64,000 nt of DNA, taken from NCBI GenBank assembly GCA_050633305.1, contig JBOEGF010000018.1, positions 32,001-96,000 of the forward strand, in the 5' to 3' direction. The DNA is from Nannocystales bacterium. GTDB lineage: Bacteria > Myxococcota_A > Polyangia > Nannocystales > Nannocystaceae. Shown here one piece after another: positions 60,633 through 64,000 of the stretch. The position numbers were made by a program, and so were the translations under genes. Below the pieces are notes generated by a model. The model saw only the letters and a program-made list of their open reading frames with translations, did no database searches and was not told the origin of the DNA. Every line of letters begins with the position of its first letter. Within the stretch, counting starts at the first letter, position 1.

Positions 60633-62387
60633 ATGAAACGCAGGACTGTTGGCCTCGCCGTTGCGTGTCTGGCCGGGTGTGGAGGCAGCTCTGGGGGCGC
60701 GGGTGAGGACTCCGGAAGCAGCTCGTCGGGCGGAGGCACGGGGACGGGCCTCACCACCGCGGTGGCCGAGTCCTCGACCAGCGGTGCGCCGACCGGTTCG
60801 AGTTCCGGCGTGGCAGACAGCAGCTCGGGGGACGGATCGTCGAGTTCGGGCGGAGAAGGTCTCGACCCGCTGTGCGACGAACTCGGTCTCCCTCGTGCAG
60901 ACTTGCTCGCGCGGGACGGGGATGCGTGGGGACAGGTTGCCGGAGACTTCCGGGTCGAGACGACGTTCGGGCCCTGGTCGCTGTCGGAGAACTTCTCAGG
61001 CTGTGACTCCTACGTGTTCATCAACGACCAGGGCAGCGCGACCGCGTCGGGTCTACGCAGTACGGCGAGCACCGAACTGTTCGAACGCTCGGCGCTCAAT
61101 GTGCACTACTTCTTCCTCACAACCTCCGGTGACGCGGTCGACGGTGCCGAGGCGTGGCAGACGTCCATCGGTGGCGCGTTGGCAGGGCTTGATATGGCCG
61201 CGCAGGACCACTGGTCGTCGCGCGTGCACTTCGTAACCGACGCCTCTGGCAGTATCGCTGACTTCCTCAGTGCTCGACCGGACCAGGTCACGTTCGCAAT
61301 CGACCGGGGACAGCGCTGGGACGACCCCGGCTCGACGAGCGACACCACGGGCGGAAGCTTTGCCCCCGCGGCGCCGGTGCTTGGCTACACGGCGCGCTAC
61401 TACAACGCTCGTCACGCTCGAGATCTGCGTCTCGCCGCGCAGCGAGATGTAACCGAGGTCGTGGTGTTGGACGAGGTTGTGTTCGAGCCGGAGTGCGATG
61501 GCTCCTGCTCAGGTCTCCCGAACGGGCCGTTCTCCAACAGCAACAACTGGGCGGCATGGCCTGCGGAGTTTCCGGACGCCGAGACGATGGCGGGATTCGA
61601 CACGATGGACGTCGTGGTGACTGCGCAGTGCGGTCCCGACCCGGACGCTGACTGCGGTCACTGGGACTATGAGGCGATGCTCAACCTCTGTGACACGGAC
61701 GCTTGTGACGCGCAGGTCAACGAACTGGCACGGTGGATCACCCCGTACTCGCGTCCTGGGATCCGTCGTTGGGTGTTCGACGCCTCGCATATGCTTGGCT
61801 TGGTCCGAGAGGGCGGCACACGTTGGGTTCAGTTCGGGATGGTCTGGAACATGAACCCGTCCGTTTGGGATATCCGTGTCCGACTGCGGGACTCGGGCAA
61901 GGATGGGTCGGTACAGGCGACCGTTCCGGCGTTCGCAGGAAACCGTGGCTTCAACGACGACTACAACACGTGGGAGCCCGTCTTGTTTACCCCGCCGGCG
62001 GGCACGACTCGCGTCGAGTTCACCGCGCTGATTTCGGGGCACGGCCAGGAGGCGAACAACTGCGCCGAGTGGTGCGAGCATCAGCATGAGTTCACGGTCA
62101 ATGGCGAGGCCGTGCATCTTCGGGAGTTCCCCGGCGAGGTCGCCGCGCAGCGTTGTGGGGAGGCCGTCGACGACGGGGTGGTTCCGGGTCAGTGGGGGAA
62201 CTGGACCCCGGGACGGGCGGGATGGTGCCCCGGTGCTGCGATCGAACCGTGGGTCATCGACATCACCGATGCGGTGAACATCGGGCAGGTGAACACCATC
62301 GCGTACCGGGGCCTGTTCGCGGGGGTGCCGGTGGAGGGCGGGCGGGGCCGGATCCGCCTTTCGAGCTACGTGACGTTTAGCGAGTAG
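60633..62387 (+). CDS. Peptide-N-glycosidase F-like lipoprotein
   Basis: Lipobox LAGC, CGHWDY, ELARWITPY, ISGHG...CAEWC, GRAGWCPG. Confidence 0.85.
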   Translation: MKRRTVGLAVACLAGCGGSSGGAGEDSGSSSSGGGTGTGLTTAVAESSTSGAPTGSSSGVADSSSGDGSSSSGGEGLDPLCDELGLPRADLLARDGDAWGQVAGDFRVETTFGPWSLSENFSGCDSYVFINDQGSATASGLRSTASTELFERSALNVHYFFLTTSGDAVDGAEAWQTSIGGALAGLDMAAQDHWSSRVHFVTDASGSIADFLSARPDQVTFAIDRGQRWDDPGSTSDTTGGSFAPAAPVLGYTARYYNARHARDLRLAAQRDVTEVVVLDEVVFEPECDGSCSGLPNGPFSNSNNWAAWPAEFPDAETMAGFDTMDVVVTAQCGPDPDADCGHWDYEAMLNLCDTDACDAQVNELARWITPYSRPGIRRWVFDASHMLGLVREGGTRWVQFGMVWNMNPSVWDIRVRLRDSGKDGSVQATVPAFAGNRGFNDDYNTWEPVLFTPPAGTTRVEFTALISGHGQEANNCAEWCEHQHEFTVNGEAVHLREFPGEVAAQRCGEAVDDGVVPGQWGNWTPGRAGWCPGAAIEPWVIDITDAVNIGQVNTIAYRGLFAGVPVEGGRGRIRLSSYVTFSE

Positions 62388-62394
62388 CGGGTCT

Positions 62395-64000
62395 TCACAT
62401 GCCGTAGGACTCGGCGACCGCACGCTGCCGTGCAAGCTCGTTGGCGTAGGCTGGCCCATGCGCTGCCACGAGCGCTTCGCAGAGCTCGACCCACACGGCC
62501 GGTCCCGGCCACGCGTTGGCAGCCGCGGTCAGTGCTCCGTGCAGCTGCTCGAGGTCCGCGGTCGCGGGCACGGCCGCAAACAGATAGATCCCCGGCACAT
62601 CCTCGTCTCCGGGCGCAGTGAGCCGATACTCCTCGCCGGAGCGCTGTTGGAGCCGGAGGGAGAAGTCTCCCATCGTGTCGACGAGCTTCTGCAGCGCCTC
62701 GGGCCCGGGATGCACCGCGTCGATCGTGAAGGCCCGGCGCTCGCCTTGGCGGAGGGTGTCGAGCTCTCGGTAGGTGAAGAGTGTGTGCTCGTCGGTCTCG
62801 TCCCGCTCGACGGGCGCGGGGTCGAAGAGCACCACGTCGTCCTGTCGTTCCCGGGCTTCTCGGTCTCCACTGATCGTTTCGATGCGCGCCGTGACCGGTC
62901 CAGTGCGTGTCGCCCAGTAGGTGTGCCCGCGACCGGTCCGAATCCACGCGCCACCCCAATGCTCGTCGATCGGAGCATCGCCGGGCGCGACGTCCATGCC
63001 GAGGCGGGCCGCTGATGCCCGGACGATGCCCCAGCGCTCCAACGCAGTGGCGGCGACCATGCGGTCCCAGTCGTGTGGTCCCGGGTCGTTGCACTCTACC
63101 AAGACGCCCGAGAGGGCAAGCGCGTCCTCCCAACGCCGCTGTTTCGCCGCGATCTCGCAGAGCCGGGCGCGGGCGGCGTCTGCTTCGGGATCGTAGACGA
63201 GCATCTCCTTGAACCCCTCCACGGCCAACGCCAAGCGGCCGGCCTTTTCGTGGCTCGTGGCGAGCAGCCATCGGCCCAACGGATCATCTGCCTCGAACCG
63301 CTCTTGGACCAGGGTCTCGAGGGCTTCGTGCTGCCCCGTGTCTCGAAGAACGCCGCCGAGGACCTTCGCGACATCGCGAGCGTCCGGGTGGGCCTGAAGA
63401 AAGGTCTCCAGAGACCGCCGTGCTCCTGACGTGAGGCCGAGCTGAGAGAGCAGGGAGCCGCGCAGGATGGCCAAGCGCGCGTCGTCGGGCCAACGCGAGC
63501 AGCCAACACCGAGCAACTCGAGCGCTGCGTCGTCGGCCTTGGGGAGCGTCTCCGAGTTGAGGGCGTCCGGTCCGGTGATGCCCGCGTCCATCGACACCAG
63601 GGGTGTTTGCTCGAGGAGGGTTCGGGTCTGCGCCAGGGCCTCGTCGAGGTGGTGGGGCGCCTTGAGCTCGTTTCGGGCTTGCGTGGCGAGCTGTACGAGC
63701 GTCTGCCCCTGGTGTCGCAAACCACGATGGGCGGCGAGTCGAGCGGCCATCAACGCCGTCTCCGCGGTACTCCACAGTGCGCCGTTGGCCTCGAAGCGGT
63801 GGACGACGGCGGCGGCCTGGCGCCCGAGAGCCGTGGTGTTGTCAAGGCACTGCGCTGCCACAAGTCGTTCGACCACCGCCAACCAGTCGCGGCCGTCGCT
63901 GTCATCGATCTCTTCCAACGCGGGGAGCGTGAGGGCTGCATCTTTGGGTTGCCCAACTGCGGCCAAGGCCTCCGCCAGCGCGACCTTGTACCCGAGTGCG
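62395..64000 (-). CDS. TPR-containing hypothetical protein, 5' end probably outside the window
   Basis: Helical TPR-like repeats; RTGPVTARI and DVVLFDP in the C-terminal region. The frame is open to the window edge. Confidence 0.75.
   Translation of the reverse strand, partial: ALGYKVALAEALAAVGQPKDAALTLPALEEIDDSDGRDWLAVVERLVAAQCLDNTTALGRQAAAVVHRFEANGALWSTAETALMAARLAAHRGLRHQGQTLVQLATQARNELKAPHHLDEALAQTRTLLEQTPLVSMDAGITGPDALNSETLPKADDAALELLGVGCSRWPDDARLAILRGSLLSQLGLTSGARRSLETFLQAHPDARDVAKVLGGVLRDTGQHEALETLVQERFEADDPLGRWLLATSHEKAGRLALAVEGFKEMLVYDPEADAARARLCEIAAKQRRWEDALALSGVLVECNDPGPHDWDRMVAATALERWGIVRASAARLGMDVAPGDAPIDEHWGGAWIRTGRGHTYWATRTGPVTARIETISGDREARERQDDVVLFDPAPVERDETDEHTLFTYRELDTLRQGERRAFTIDAVHPGPEALQKLVDTMGDFSLRLQQRSGEEYRLTAPGDEDVPGIYLFAAVPATADLEQLHGALTAAANAWPGPAVWVELCEALVAAHGPAYANELARQRAVAESYGM

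Overview
High-GC chromosomal window that looks myxobacterial (Nannocystaceae-like, inferred from a MYXO-CTERM protein and many Ser/Thr/Gly- and Cys-rich lipoproteins). It holds about 55 genes: a truncated double-length UvrA, an acyl-CoA carboxylase operon, a small glycosylation cluster, two ECF sigma modules, two LysR pairs, glutaminase, pirin, a copper monooxygenase, a PNGase F-like lipoprotein, tRNA-Ser(GCT) and tRNA-Arg(ACG). The most striking locus is a 7.1-kb cassette (10071-17302) bracketed by ~130-bp degenerate direct repeats. It joins an RNA end-healing/sealing operon (ligase, HD+polynucleotide kinase, second ligase) to an orphan DUF2169/thiolase-like/DUF4150 toxin module with an atypical deaminase-like C-terminal domain and a SUKH/SMI1-like immunity gene. 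Other signals: a decayed second copy of tRNA-Arg 3.6 kb downstream of the intact gene (relic island), TAnnnT boxes 5-7 nt before many start codons (probable widespread leaderless transcription), a frameshifted gene, and two strongly structured intergenic elements. All calls come from manual motif reading; no database searches were run.
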